From: an uncultured Methanoregulaceae archaeon
GTDB taxonomy: Archaea; Halobacteriota; Methanomicrobia; Methanomicrobiales; Methanospirillaceae
Direction of reading: 5' to 3'
Assembly (NCBI GenBank): GCA_963841015.1
Contig: CAWJAX010000005.1
Location: 288,001-352,000 of the forward strand
Length of the DNA: 64,000 nt
The notes beneath the pieces are model-generated. The model saw nothing but the letters and a program-made list of their open reading frames with translations, searched no databases and was not told the origin of the DNA. Shown here in pieces: positions 51,661 to 62,500 of the stretch (positions are counted from its first letter, which is position 1; every line of letters begins with the position of its first letter). The translations under genes and the position numbers were made by a program.

Positions 51661-53604
51661 TTATCCTGGTATTTGATTTTCGATACCACTTTGAATCTCT
51701 TTTTTGAAAGGTTTGTATGCAATGCCTCCTCCCTGATAAAATTTTGAGAAAAACTCCACAAGATGCAGTCGCACGGAATGGATTGAGGGGGAGAACATGG
51801 CAAGAACAATATTTAGCGCGTGCAGGAGTACAGCTATGAGAATTCCGACTGCCAGGATTTCTATCTCTCCTCCGAGTTTATTTGCCACAAAAGCCAGTAT
51901 CACCGATGCCAGACCAATTGCCATCAACCTGGCATAAGATAGAATATTTCCTACCGAACTCATGATCTCCAGGGGCCCCATAGCTCCGGCACCATAGATA
52001 ATCAACAGAAGTGCACCGATGAAAATAATGACCGTAGGATAGAGCATCCATGCAGGAATCATCCCAAGAGCAAGGAAAATGATGCTGATAAGTCCTGAAA
52101 GTGCAAGCAGCATCCCCACCTTTTCTGAAAGGTGTTTTTTGTTTTTCCGGGTAACCTCGTTGATAATTCCGATGATAAGGCCCAAAAAGACATGGATAAC
52201 CCCAATCGCAAGGGCAAATATCAGCATGGGTAGTATTGCCTCCAGCCGGTTCCAGGTCACTCCGAGGTAATGAACCGGATGCAGCCATCCCATCATCTCA
52301 CCGAAATCACCAAATATTTCGCCATAAATAACTCCGAAAATTATTGTTGAAATTGCTGAGATTGTCAGGATATCTGCGAGATTTCTTACAAACTCGATAG
52401 TCCCAAGCTTCTTTTTAATAGCCAGCGCGAAAGCAAGGATAACCAGGCCGTACCCGATGTCACCCACCATAATCCCAAAAAACAGGGGGAAAAATAACGC
52501 AATGAAAGGGGAGGGATCAATTTCCCTGTACCTGGGAGGGCGGACCAGTTGCATGATGGATTCAAATGGCTTTACCCACCGGGGGTTATCATAAAAGGTG
52601 GGGGCTTTTTCCATCTCTTCAGCGCTTACATCCAGTTCCCGGATGATAACCATGTCTCCAAATGCATTTTTTATGGTATCTTTTATACGATGCAGAAATT
52701 TTTTCGGGATCCATCCCATAACGACAAACGTGAATTCTGAATGGCCAAATTTATTGAACTCCCCGAGTTCCGCGCCAATATCTTCAAAGGTTTTTTTAAG
52801 GACTACCAGTTCCTGGTACCATGCGATCGATAGTTTTGTAAGTTTTTCATCAATTACTGTTATCTCCTGGGATTTCTGGAGCTTATTTGTTTCAATTCCG
52901 GCAAACATCTCATAAAACGGTTTTCCCATGTATTCCTGCGGGAGACGGACTTCGTTGACATTCACTGAAAAAATAAATGAATGAACCTGTTGGGAATAGC
53001 GTTTATGGAAGATCATGAGGGTGGCGAGTGTCTCTTCATCTACTGAAGTCGAGGACATCTCAAACCGATTACCGGTGATCTTCGCCATCTCCTCTCTGAT
53101 GAGGGCTAATATATCCTCAAACTGTTTCTGAATAAGAAGAATAGTTACTTCATAGTTTTCGAGAACGGGAATTTCACGTTCCATAGGCTGGATAATATTG
53201 AGGATTTTTGCATACCTTTCCAGCGTGGTAATGGACAATTTCAGATCGCTTTTCTTTGTTGCCAGGTCTTTTGTGACGTATTCGAGTTCATGGATCACTT
53301 CTTTTGCCTGCTGAATTATTTCATCCCGGGTTTTGTCCTGCAAATCATGGTTAATACGCGCCTGAGCTGCTGCATCATCCGGGATTTTGGGAAGTGTGGC
53401 CAGGATTACGGAAATTTTACTTGCTATTTCTGCGATTTCTACGGTTTTCCCCTTTTCGACACGGGAGAGATGAATCTCTTCGGGAGACACACACTGGCTG
53501 ACATCTTCAAGATGAATCGTGGCCTCGTGATATAACAGGTCAACTACGTGGTTGAACTCCTTTTTAGGCCCTATTACCTGGATCCTTTTCATCTTCTGGA
53601 GCAT
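51661..53604 (-). CDS. atpI: A/V-type ATPase subunit I/a
   Basis: PRYREIDP, FGIMVGDIGYG, SYARLMAIG (essential Arg), HSVRLHLVEFFSKFY. Confidence 0.95.
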   Translation of the reverse strand: MLQKMKRIQVIGPKKEFNHVVDLLYHEATIHLEDVSQCVSPEEIHLSRVEKGKTVEIAEIASKISVILATLPKIPDDAAAQARINHDLQDKTRDEIIQQAKEVIHELEYVTKDLATKKSDLKLSITTLERYAKILNIIQPMEREIPVLENYEVTILLIQKQFEDILALIREEMAKITGNRFEMSSTSVDEETLATLMIFHKRYSQQVHSFIFSVNVNEVRLPQEYMGKPFYEMFAGIETNKLQKSQEITVIDEKLTKLSIAWYQELVVLKKTFEDIGAELGEFNKFGHSEFTFVVMGWIPKKFLHRIKDTIKNAFGDMVIIRELDVSAEEMEKAPTFYDNPRWVKPFESIMQLVRPPRYREIDPSPFIALFFPLFFGIMVGDIGYGLVILAFALAIKKKLGTIEFVRNLADILTISAISTIIFGVIYGEIFGDFGEMMGWLHPVHYLGVTWNRLEAILPMLIFALAIGVIHVFLGLIIGIINEVTRKNKKHLSEKVGMLLALSGLISIIFLALGMIPAWMLYPTVIIFIGALLLIIYGAGAMGPLEIMSSVGNILSYARLMAIGLASVILAFVANKLGGEIEILAVGILIAVLLHALNIVLAMFSPSIHSVRLHLVEFFSKFYQGGGIAYKPFKKEIQSGIENQIPG

Positions 53605-53628
53605 AACCCTCTCCGTGTAGTATCCGGA

Positions 53629-53949
53629 CTATTCCATGATCACATAGCCAACGATTTTTTCCACCGCTTGTGTGCGATTCTTCTCCCCTTTGATCCTTGC
53701 CACTTCCGTTTCAATGGTTGCCGCTTTTTTCATCCGTTCGATTTCTTTTTCAGTGTTTTGTTTTTCCTTCCGGTAGAGGTCATCAGCTGCGGTCTTACCT
53801 GATTGTCCTGCATCACTGATCGTTGCCTCCCGTTCGCTTCGTGCCGCTGCGATTTGTGCATCTGTTTCTTGTTTTACCGTTTCGATCTTTTTTGAAAATT
53901 CCTGTTCTTTATCCCGTATCTGCTGCAGCAGAGTCTTCTCCTCTTCCAT
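53629..53949 (-). CDS. atpH: A/V-type ATPase subunit H/G (peripheral stalk)
   Basis: 106-aa E/K/A coiled coil with LQQIRDKE start and AVEKIV end; GGAGG SD; directly upstream of atpI. Confidence 0.8.
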   Translation of the reverse strand: MEEEKTLLQQIRDKEQEFSKKIETVKQETDAQIAAARSEREATISDAGQSGKTAADDLYRKEKQNTEKEIERMKKAATIETEVARIKGEKNRTQAVEKIVGYVIME

Positions 53950-53959
53950 ATATCCTCCA

Positions 53960-54160
53960 TTACAACCCGTGCTTGCGTTTCATGAGAGAAGTAACCCCGT
54001 ACTGCTCTTCATTTGGCGGGGCGGTTTCTTTCTTTTCATCTTGCTGCCCATTTTTCAGGATACCTTTGGCTTTTTGGGCAGCCATCTCAAGCCGCTCCCT
54101 GCATCGACCGACTGCGGTGCACCGCAATGCATTGATCGTTTTTGTGATATCCTTTACCAT
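53960..54160 (-). CDS. Small hypothetical protein (66 aa) upstream of atpH
   Basis: ATG ORF whose stop abuts the atpH SD; AT-rich TATA-like sequence about 20-25 bp upstream. Confidence 0.55.
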   Translation of the reverse strand: MVKDITKTINALRCTAVGRCRERLEMAAQKAKGILKNGQQDEKKETAPPNEEQYGVTSLMKRKHGL

Positions 54161-54395
54161 AAAACCAAGACAAACACGTTTTTATATCAATTTGACTATA
54201 CCCTATAAGTTTAATAAATAGTTTTCCGTTGGACTTCCGGGAAAAGCAACAGTATTGTTATCCAAGATGACTGAAGTGGAACGATTAGAGGTTTTTTGCC
54301 TCTGTAACTCTTTTTCAATCCCTCAAAAAAAGAGTCCGGAAATTGCCGATTGTGGCGAAGTGCTTATTAAAAAAACTGCTTGAAAAAGAGGGAGT

Positions 54396-55520
54396 TCAGG
54401 AAAATCCAAGATATATAGGCACAAAAAGGAACGCAAAGTAGATCAACAAAAGGGCAAAACCAAGAGGAACCCCGTATCTCGCCCATTCCTTACTGGTGAT
54501 TCCCATTTTGCTGGCTGAGATGATATTGGGGATGTTTCCGGGAATCAGCATACCCCCTGCGATTAAAAGCCCCATTAACGCACTTTTTATCTGGATCTCG
54601 CTCAGTGATGGTTCTATCTCCGCTGCTGCCAGGGTTGCATTGTCCAGCACTGCTGACACAGTATTCACCCAGTAAAGTGCTTCAGATGGAATCTGGACAA
54701 TATACTCAAGGATAAGTGGCTTGAATCCTTCTCCGAGAAAAACCAGTGCCATAATGAACAGGTACACTTTTCCTGCACGGATCACCACATCACGGAGGTT
54801 TTCACGGTTGAGTTTGCACTCAAGCCCTTCCGTAGGAGTACCTTGCCTTCTTAAGAAAGCTACCCCAACAAAACCCATGGCAAGGACAGCCGGGACGACA
54901 TAAATCCCCAGCAGAACCAGAAGGAACCAGAATCCTGCAAAATAAGGTTCGCCGGATAGTTTTGAGATGGCGATGGTAGAAAGTGGCTCACCCAAAGGAG
55001 TAAGTACTGCCCCAATCCCGATGGAAAAACAGGAGATCACCGTCACTCCAATCTTTTCCTGCCGTCCCAGTGGCAGGGCGCACACAATCTCGACAAGAAT
55101 GATAGCGGCAAGGATGGCCGAAATGATACTGGAAATAAGACCAAGGCCACAAATCAGGCTGAAGACAAGTATTTGAAGAGGCACCTTGTTTACGAGGAAC
55201 TGGATCCCCTTTTGGATCTGGTGATGTGCAAAATAAATAATCAGGCCGACTATGAGGACAATCTGAACAATGCCAACGGGAATACCGGCAACGGTTGTAA
55301 TCATGACCGGAGCAGTAAGCGCTTCAACAACTATCTCGGGCGTCCACCCGAATGTTTCTCCTTCCATGGTCGCAAAACTGGAAATACTCAGTGCAGCGAT
55401 TCCACAGATGAAGAGAAATACCTCAAGGTTCTCCTCGACTTTTTTAACTTTGAACGGGAGCACCAGTACAACGATGAATATACCTATGAGCAGGATATTA
55501 ACGATTGTGAGTTGCTCCAT
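54396..55520 (-). CDS. DUF1646 family membrane protein (ion-transporter-superfamily-like)
   Basis: VEENLE.FLF, GAVLTPLGEPLSTI, SAVLDNATLAAAE, GGMLIPGNIPNII. Confidence 0.85.
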   Translation of the reverse strand: MEQLTIVNILLIGIFIVVLVLPFKVKKVEENLEVFLFICGIAALSISSFATMEGETFGWTPEIVVEALTAPVMITTVAGIPVGIVQIVLIVGLIIYFAHHQIQKGIQFLVNKVPLQILVFSLICGLGLISSIISAILAAIILVEIVCALPLGRQEKIGVTVISCFSIGIGAVLTPLGEPLSTIAISKLSGEPYFAGFWFLLVLLGIYVVPAVLAMGFVGVAFLRRQGTPTEGLECKLNRENLRDVVIRAGKVYLFIMALVFLGEGFKPLILEYIVQIPSEALYWVNTVSAVLDNATLAAAEIEPSLSEIQIKSALMGLLIAGGMLIPGNIPNIISASKMGITSKEWARYGVPLGFALLLIYFAFLFVPIYLGFS

Positions 55521-55758
55521 GGGTACAAATCCTGTGCATAGTGCTGCGGTTGATTATTTTTTCATTGCGTATCTCAATACATTATCCCGTTTGGTGATTA
55601 ACCAATCATGTTGATAAGGAGATATTTGTTCAAACCTTTAACGTTTTGCCCCTTTTTTTGTTTCTGACACAATTCATTTATCTGCTTTATCCTTATACTA
55701 TCATCAGATGAAACGTATCCCGCCGCACTGCAGGGAAAAAAAATGCAACCTTTACCTG

Positions 55759-56694
55759 ATGGTATTCATCGTGGCAGCACTGTCTTTTCTTGAACGTTTC
55801 ACCTGTGCAGGATTCTTTGGAACAGATGTGAAAAAGCTTAAAGAAACACGGAATGTTCAAGGGCTGATTCTCGCTTTAAAAAACCGGGATCCCAAAATAC
55901 AATACGATGCGGCGGAAGCACTTGGTGATATTGGGGACTCCAGGGCAGTCGAACCACTGGCAACCGCACTGAAAAACGATGAATTCAGTGGTGTTCGGTG
56001 GAAGGCTGCAGAAGCACTCTCAAAAATAGGTTCTCCTGCTGTCCCTGCTCTGATCGGGGCACTGCGACATGACGATGATGACGTGAGGTGGAAAGCGGCT
56101 GTCGCATTGGGGGAGATTGGCGATCCGCAGGCTATTGAACCTCTCATTCTATTGCTCTGCGATGAGGACAGGTTTGTCAAGAGCCATGCAGCTCTTGCTC
56201 TTGGCTCAATTGGTGAACCCGCGGTCAACCCCCTCATGCGTGCACTCCGTGAAGGCGATGGAAATCTCCGATGGGGTGCCGCCATCGCATTGGGCAAAAT
56301 TCGTGATCCACGAGCTATCGAACCCTTGATACGGGCTCTTGCTGATAAGTACGAGAATGTCCGTGCAGAATCTGCGTCATCACTTGCAGCAATCGGAAAA
56401 CCCGCATTAGGGCCTTTGTTACAGTTTTTAAAATTTTCAGATGGACCTGAACGACTTGAAGTTGTCACTGCGCTTGGTGAATTACAGGACACTGATGCCA
56501 TCCAGCCGCTTATCCAGATGCTTGAGAATGCAGATGAGGACGAACGAAAAGCAATAGCGGATGCACTGGATGCAATTCTGATTCCAACGGTCGAACCCCT
56601 CGTACGGAAACTCCGGGACGGACATGATCATAAGAATGAGATGACCAGATCAGAGAATAAAGATCGAGATGTATACCATGGAACCGTCCCCTGA
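55759..56694 (+). CDS. HEAT/PBS-lyase repeat protein
   Basis: Repeated VRWKAA.ALG.IGD..A.EPL. Start uncertain (55708-55771). Confidence 0.88.
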   Translation: MVFIVAALSFLERFTCAGFFGTDVKKLKETRNVQGLILALKNRDPKIQYDAAEALGDIGDSRAVEPLATALKNDEFSGVRWKAAEALSKIGSPAVPALIGALRHDDDDVRWKAAVALGEIGDPQAIEPLILLLCDEDRFVKSHAALALGSIGEPAVNPLMRALREGDGNLRWGAAIALGKIRDPRAIEPLIRALADKYENVRAESASSLAAIGKPALGPLLQFLKFSDGPERLEVVTALGELQDTDAIQPLIQMLENADEDERKAIADALDAILIPTVEPLVRKLRDGHDHKNEMTRSENKDRDVYHGTVP

Positions 56695-57199
56695 AGATAC
56701 AAAAATTTACCGGCTCATTTCAGCACTATCTGATCCCTCCACCGACATACGTCATCAGGCTATACGGATGCTTGGCAAACTTGGCAGTCCTGCGGTTGAA
56801 CCACTTATTCAGGCGCTTGCAGGGGCTTCCGATAACGATAATCGCTGGTACGCTGCACTTGCATTGTCTCATGTTGGCGCCCCGGCAATAAATCCCCTGA
56901 TTTCGGCAATGCGGGTTCATCCTGAGAATGAGTTCAGGAGGTATGCAGCGGCAGCACTGGGAAATATCGGGATTCCTGCAATCGAACCAGTAATCGATGC
57001 GATGGCTGACGAAGACCGTGTGCTGCGTGGTTTTCTCTCTCTCGCTCTTTGCCGGATAGGAAAACCTGCAGTCGGCCCCCTCACTCTTCGACTTGATGAC
57101 GCTGACGAAATTATCAGGTCATGTGCCACCCTTACTCTCTGGCAGATGGGTGAAACCGGGCTTCCTGCGATAGTGGATAAGATGCAGGAAGAAGAATAA
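56678..57199 (+). CDS. HEAT/PBS-lyase repeat protein
   Basis: PAVEPLI, RRYAAAALGNIG repeats; overlaps the previous gene. Confidence 0.85.
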   Translation: MEPSPEDTKIYRLISALSDPSTDIRHQAIRMLGKLGSPAVEPLIQALAGASDNDNRWYAALALSHVGAPAINPLISAMRVHPENEFRRYAAAALGNIGIPAIEPVIDAMADEDRVLRGFLSLALCRIGKPAVGPLTLRLDDADEIIRSCATLTLWQMGETGLPAIVDKMQEEE

Positions 57200-57284
57200 C
57201 CAGCGTGGCACTTTTTTTACCGGACATTTTTTTTTGCATGCCGACACGAACAGATAAATCAGCTCACGCGAAAACCGTACCGGT

Positions 57285-60200
57285 ATGCTTGTGCTTTCGC
57301 CAGCGATGGAGGCGTATGAAAAATCGCTGATGGACGATCTCCTTTTCGCAATAGCGATAGCAAAAAAAGCCCGTTCCCGGGGTCTGGATCCTTCGACCGA
57401 TATCGAGATTCCTATTGCCAGTGACCTTGCGGACCGGGTTGAAGCGCTTCTTGGAATTAAAGGAGTGGCAGAGCGGATACGTGAGCTCGAATCCCTCATG
57501 TCACGGGAAGAGGTTGCTCTGCGAATAGGAGATGATTTTGTAGCCCGGAAGTTTGGTGAAACGACGAACGAACAGATTCTCGATCATGCCATACGTACAG
57601 CAATGGCTCTCCTGACTGAAGGAGTCGTGGCGGCACCCACCGAAGGGATCGCAAAAGTCGGACTCGGGAAAAATGATGACGGGAGCCAGTACCTGAAAAT
57701 CTTTTACGCCGGGCCAATCCGGAGTGCAGGAGGGACAGCTCAGGCACTTTCGGTACTTGTAGGCGATTACGTCCGCCGGCAGCTTGGCATCAGTCGTTAC
57801 AATCCCCGTCAGGAAGAGGTTGAGCGGTATATCGAGGAGATCCGGCAATATAACACCATTATGAATCTCCAGTACCTGCCCAGCGAACAGGAAATCCGTC
57901 TTATAGTTGAGAATTGCCCGGTGTGCATTGATGGGGAAGCAACCGAACAGGAAGAGGTCTCAGGCCACCGCAACCTTGAGCGGGTAGAGACAAACACGGT
58001 GCGGGGTGGTATGGCCCTGGTCCTTGCGGAAGGCATTGCCGGGAAGGCTCCAAAACTCAGGAGCAAAGTTGATATGATGAAGATGGATGGCTGGGACTGG
58101 CTGGGAAAACTCATTAAAAACAAAACAGATGAAGGAACAGTCAGTATCAAACCCTTAGACAAGTACCTTCGGGACCTGATCGGGGGAAGACCCGTATTTT
58201 CTTATCCGATGCGGAAAGGGGGGTTCCGGCTCCGTTACGGGAGGTCCCGCAATACAGGATTTGCTGCTGCAGGACTGCATCCCGCAACACTGTATGTTCT
58301 TGGGGAATTTCTTGCGGTCGGTACCCAGATGAAGACCGAACGCCCTGGCAAGGCATGCGGGGTTGTTCCCGTTGATTCCATTGAAGGACCGACCGTGCGG
58401 ATGCAGAATGGCGATGTGTTGCGGATTGATGATGCAGCGACAGCACAACAACTTGTACCCGGTATTGAAAAGATCCTTGATGTAGGTGAAATCCTCATCT
58501 CGTTTGGCGAATTCCTCGAGAACAACCACCCGCTGATCCCCTGTGGTTATTGTGAGGAATGGTGGCTGGTTGAAGTTGCCGCGGGCACAAAGCCTCCTAG
58601 AAACGAAGAAGAAGCCATTGCCCTTGCAAGAAGCGGGGGATATCTCCATCCTGCGTACACATGGTTCTGGGACGATCTTTCTTTAGAACAGATCCATACT
58701 ATTGCTGACGCTGCCACAAGGCAGGGAAAAATTGTGGATGGCTTCCTGCAGATCCCGAATGAACCCTTAACAAAAACAATTCTTGAAGAACTCCTCATTC
58801 CCCATGAGGTTCGTAATGGTTATATCCGGATTAAAACCTACCGTGCGTTCATTACCTGCCTTGGGCTCGATGAAAACCTGAAAAAAACCGATGCATGGAG
58901 GAATGCACCTGATGATACCCCGTTCAATCTCATCACGCATCTTTCAGGAATAAAACTCCGATCACGTGCGGGTACGCGGATAGGCGGCCGCATGGGCCGG
59001 CCGGGGAAATCCAAACCCCGGAAGATGAATCCCCCTCCCCATGTCCTGTTCCCTCTCGGCGACTCAGGAGGTTCACGGCGATCATTTCAGTCTGCATCCA
59101 ACCACACCGCAGAAGTGGATGCAACAATCACGGAGATAGATTTTCAGAAGGAAGGGGGGATCATCGAGATCGAGGTCGGAAGGCGGCGGTGCACTGAATG
59201 CCAGGAGATTACGTATACCAACCGGTGTGAGAAATGCGGAGTACATACCGTCGCCGTGACAACCTGTCCCAAATGCGGGAGAGAGACGTTAATGGAGCGG
59301 TGTCCCGGTTGTGATGTCCCGACTACCTGCAATCAGAGAATTTCCCTGAATGTAAAAGGGGAATACGCAAAGGCAATGGAACGGCTGGGACTCAGAACCG
59401 ATAGTGTGGCACTCGTCAAGGGAGTGAAGGGGATCATCTCAAGGGAAAAAGCAGTGGAGGCGATGGAAAAGGGAATCCTGCGTGCAATCCAGAACATCTT
59501 TGTTTTCAAGGATGGGACAACGCGGTTTGATATGATCGACCTGCCACTCACCCATATCCGTCCTAATGAGGTGAGGGTTTCTGTTGAAAAACTCCGCTCA
59601 CTCGGGTATGTCAAAGATACCCTTGGATATGATCTCCAGAATGGATCGCAGGTTGTGGAACTACGTCCTCAGGATCTTCTCATCTCCGATTCATGCGCTG
59701 AATATATGGTGAACGTTGCGAAATTCATGGATGACCTGCTTGTCAAATGCTACGGACTTGACCCATTCTACAATGTTAAAAAACCCGATGATCTCATCGG
59801 GCATCTTGTGATCGGGCTTGCGCCCCACACGAGCGCTGGTGTCCTTGCCCGGATTGTCGGGTTCACCAGGGCAAACGTCGGTTATGCTCACCCGTTCTTC
59901 CATGCTGCCAAACGCCGGAACTGTTTCTACGGTGATACCGAGGTTGAAGTATTTGATGGAAAACACTGGGAAAAATCTCCCGTGCGAAAATTTGTGCTTG
60001 AAAATTTTGATGTGAGCAAACCGGGCATCGACAGGCTTGGGACATACTATTCAGATCCGGCGCAACCCTATTACACCCGAACCATTGATACTGGGGGGGT
60101 CATGCATATCCGCAGGATCACATCGGTATCCATTCACCGTTCTCCTTCAACTCTTCTCCACTTCATCACAAAACTCGGAAAAGAGATTGCAGTTACACCC

Positions 60201-61187
60201 GATCATGCGATGCTGGTCTGGGACACTTTGTATCTTCGCAAGATCAGGGCATTGGAACTCAAAGTCGGCGATGCAGTGCCCGTGCTCGAAGGTGCGAACG
60301 TTATCGCCGACTATATCCGGTCTATTGTAGCTGTGCCGGCTCCGGAAGAAAGAGTTTACTGCCTGACCGTTGCTGAGGATCATACGCTTGTCGCGAATGG
60401 TATCTTTACCGGGCAGTGCGATGGTGATGAAGACTGCATTATGCTGCTTCTTGATGGCCTGATAAACTTCTCGCGTTCGTTCCTGCCCCAGAACCGTGGG
60501 GGATCGATGGATGCCCCGCTTGTCCTGACGAGCAGGATAGATCCTGCGGAAATCGACAAGGAAGCCTTGAATGTCGATGTCTGTGATCGTTATCCTCTGG
60601 AACTCTACACAAGTGCACTCACGTATGTCGAACCTAAAATGATCAAAGAGTTAATTGATCGTGTTGAACGGAGAATCGGGACCCCCTCACAGCTCGAAGG
60701 CTTCCAGTTTACTCATGATACCTCTGATATCTCGGCGGGCCCGATAGAATCCATGTACACCCAGCTCAAGACCATGACGGAAAAACTTGAGGCTGAACTG
60801 GTCCTGGCTGAAAAGATACGTGCGGTTGACGCGGATGACGTTGCGGAACGGGTACTTACCACCCACTTCATCCGCGACCTTATGGGCAATCTCTCTGCGT
60901 TCTCCAAACAGAAGTTCCGGTGTTCCAAATGCAACACAAGCTACCGGCGGATGCCCCTTGCAGGCAAATGCACGAAGTTTAAGGGGAAGGGTGTCTGCAA
61001 CGGCAATATCATTCCAACCGTCCATGAAGGGTCAGTCAAGAAATATCTCGAAATGTCCCGGGAGATCTGCAGGAAGTATAAGGTATCCGAGTACACCAAG
61101 CAGCGTGTCGAGGTGCTTGAACTTGCTATCACGTCTACGTTTGGTGAGGAAAAGCAGCAGCAGCTCGGGCTTGCCGACTTCATGTAA
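57285..61187 (+). CDS. polC: DNA polymerase D large subunit DP2, intein-containing
   Basis: [22 protein letters not shown] catalytic motif, Zn fingers, C-terminal PIP box QLGLADFM. Confidence 0.98.
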   Translation: MLVLSPAMEAYEKSLMDDLLFAIAIAKKARSRGLDPSTDIEIPIASDLADRVEALLGIKGVAERIRELESLMSREEVALRIGDDFVARKFGETTNEQILDHAIRTAMALLTEGVVAAPTEGIAKVGLGKNDDGSQYLKIFYAGPIRSAGGTAQALSVLVGDYVRRQLGISRYNPRQEEVERYIEEIRQYNTIMNLQYLPSEQEIRLIVENCPVCIDGEATEQEEVSGHRNLERVETNTVRGGMALVLAEGIAGKAPKLRSKVDMMKMDGWDWLGKLIKNKTDEGTVSIKPLDKYLRDLIGGRPVFSYPMRKGGFRLRYGRSRNTGFAAAGLHPATLYVLGEFLAVGTQMKTERPGKACGVVPVDSIEGPTVRMQNGDVLRIDDAATAQQLVPGIEKILDVGEILISFGEFLENNHPLIPCGYCEEWWLVEVAAGTKPPRNEEEAIALARSGGYLHPAYTWFWDDLSLEQIHTIADAATRQGKIVDGFLQIPNEPLTKTILEELLIPHEVRNGYIRIKTYRAFITCLGLDENLKKTDAWRNAPDDTPFNLITHLSGIKLRSRAGTRIGGRMGRPGKSKPRKMNPPPHVLFPLGDSGGSRRSFQSASNHTAEVDATITEIDFQKEGGIIEIEVGRRRCTECQEITYTNRCEKCGVHTVAVTTCPKCGRETLMERCPGCDVPTTCNQRISLNVKGEYAKAMERLGLRTDSVALVKGVKGIISREKAVEAMEKGILRAIQNIFVFKDGTTRFDMIDLPLTHIRPNEVRVSVEKLRSLGYVKDTLGYDLQNGSQVVELRPQDLLISDSCAEYMVNVAKFMDDLLVKCYGLDPFYNVKKPDDLIGHLVIGLAPHTSAGVLARIVGFTRANVGYAHPFFHAAKRRNCFYGDTEVEVFDGKHWEKSPVRKFVLENFDVSKPGIDRLGTYYSDPAQPYYTRTIDTGGVMHIRRITSVSIHRSPSTLLHFITKLGKEIAVTPDHAMLVWDTLYLRKIRALELKVGDAVPVLEGANVIADYIRSIVAVPAPEERVYCLTVAEDHTLVANGIFTGQCDGDEDCIMLLLDGLINFSRSFLPQNRGGSMDAPLVLTSRIDPAEIDKEALNVDVCDRYPLELYTSALTYVEPKMIKELIDRVERRIGTPSQLEGFQFTHDTSDISAGPIESMYTQLKTMTEKLEAELVLAEKIRAVDADDVAERVLTTHFIRDLMGNLSAFSKQKFRCSKCNTSYRRMPLAGKCTKFKGKGVCNGNIIPTVHEGSVKKYLEMSREICRKYKVSEYTKQRVEVLELAITSTFGEEKQQQLGLADFM
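59922..60416 (+). mobile_element. Mini-intein (165 aa) in PolD DP2, ending in Gln
   Basis: KRRN|CFYGDTEV...VTPDH...[18 protein letters not shown]|CDGDED; no LAGLIDADG domain. Confidence 0.93.
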
Positions 61188-61325
61188 TTTTTTTAGGAAT
61201 ATTACCCCGGTTTTTGCGACTGATACAATCCGAATCACCAGGTATCAAAGCACAGTTCCTTGCACGGCGTTTCTGCCGATCAGGTACCTTAATTATTCCT
61301 GTCGCCAACATTATCCATCACAGGC

Positions 61326-61410
61326 GCGGGGATAGCCAAGCCTGGTCAACGGCGATAGACTCAAGATCTATTCTCGCAGGAGTTCGTCGGTTCAAATCCG
61401 GCTCCCCGCA
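61326..61410 (+). tRNA. tRNA-Leu(CAA)
   Basis: Acceptor stem GCGGGGA/TCCCCGC, anticodon arm ATAGA-CTCAAGA-TCTAT, long variable arm, GGTTCAAATCC T-arm. No intron; CCA not encoded. Confidence 0.96.
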
Positions 61411-61649
61411 TATTTTCCCTGTTCTTTCAATTACCTTTCCAGATTCTGTCATTGTTCCCACCCTGGCAATCAATGATAAGAATCACTGCATGCAGTTATG
61501 GAACATTGATGACAGGGAACAATCAACAGGTAGTATTGAGAAACTTTCATGACGGGAACCGGAACTGGTCCTGATGATGTGCAGTACATGGACCATTCCC
61601 CCTCTTCCCAAGAGTGGTAACCGTCATTCCTCACCGTTTCAGGTATCGC

Positions 61650-62285
61650 ATGGATGTAAGTTTGTTTGTTCAGGGAATTATCATCGGCCTGACCCTTGCT
61701 GTACCGGTCGGTCCTCTGTCTCTCATATGCATCCAGCGTACAGTAAAAGAAGGACGTCTTCATGGGATCTTTTCAGGTATGGGTGTGGCGACCGCTGATT
61801 CATTCTATGCTGCTGTCACCTTTCTTGGTCTTACGGTTATTTCCGGCTTTATCATCACCCACCAGTATCTTTTTCGTTTCCTTGCAGGGGTCGTCTTAAT
61901 CCTTATCGGCATACGGGTTTTCCTGTCTGTCCCCGCAGCCATTACCGCAAAAACCGAGCATGAGACGTATATGAAGGATTACCTCTCCATGGTTGCCCTT
62001 GCGATTGCAAACCCGCTGACCCTGGTCTTCTTTTTGGTAATTTTACCAGGATATGGCTTCGTGATCCACGGGATTTCTTCTCTGTCTGCAGCAGAATTTG
62101 TCGCAGGAGTTTTTTTTGGCTCCACGGTTTGGTGGATCGTGCTCTGTGGGTCCATTGGATCTGTGCGTTCCCGTATAAGCATGGCAAACCTGGGATTGAT
62201 CAACCGTGTGTCTGGACTGCTTATTTCATGTTTTGGCACAGGTGTGCTCATTCTTCTCATTATGGCAATCGGGCTGCCCTGGTGA
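61650..62285 (+). CDS. LysE family translocator
   Basis: G...G..LAVPVGP, G..SG.GVATAD, ANP.T, GS..WW. Confidence 0.9.
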   Translation: MDVSLFVQGIIIGLTLAVPVGPLSLICIQRTVKEGRLHGIFSGMGVATADSFYAAVTFLGLTVISGFIITHQYLFRFLAGVVLILIGIRVFLSVPAAITAKTEHETYMKDYLSMVALAIANPLTLVFFLVILPGYGFVIHGISSLSAAEFVAGVFFGSTVWWIVLCGSIGSVRSRISMANLGLINRVSGLLISCFGTGVLILLIMAIGLPW

Positions 62286-62500
62286 TCAACTCTCTTCACT
62301 CTATCCACAGTACCAGGGGACGAGAATCTGATTGTGCGCATCGCCCGGGAAAAAAAATATATATTTCTCTGAACCAGCCGCCAATTGCTGTTCCGGCATA
62401 CCGGGGCGAGCGTTGAGGGAATAATTTTATTTTCTCTTACACCAAAAATTGAGCACTTGATAAGGGAAATCAAAATGGAGAAAAACGAGGAGAGGTTGCA

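Noticed and set aside
61326-62285. tRNA-Leu as an integration site
   Set aside because: No integrase and no duplicated tRNA 3' end were seen in the window.
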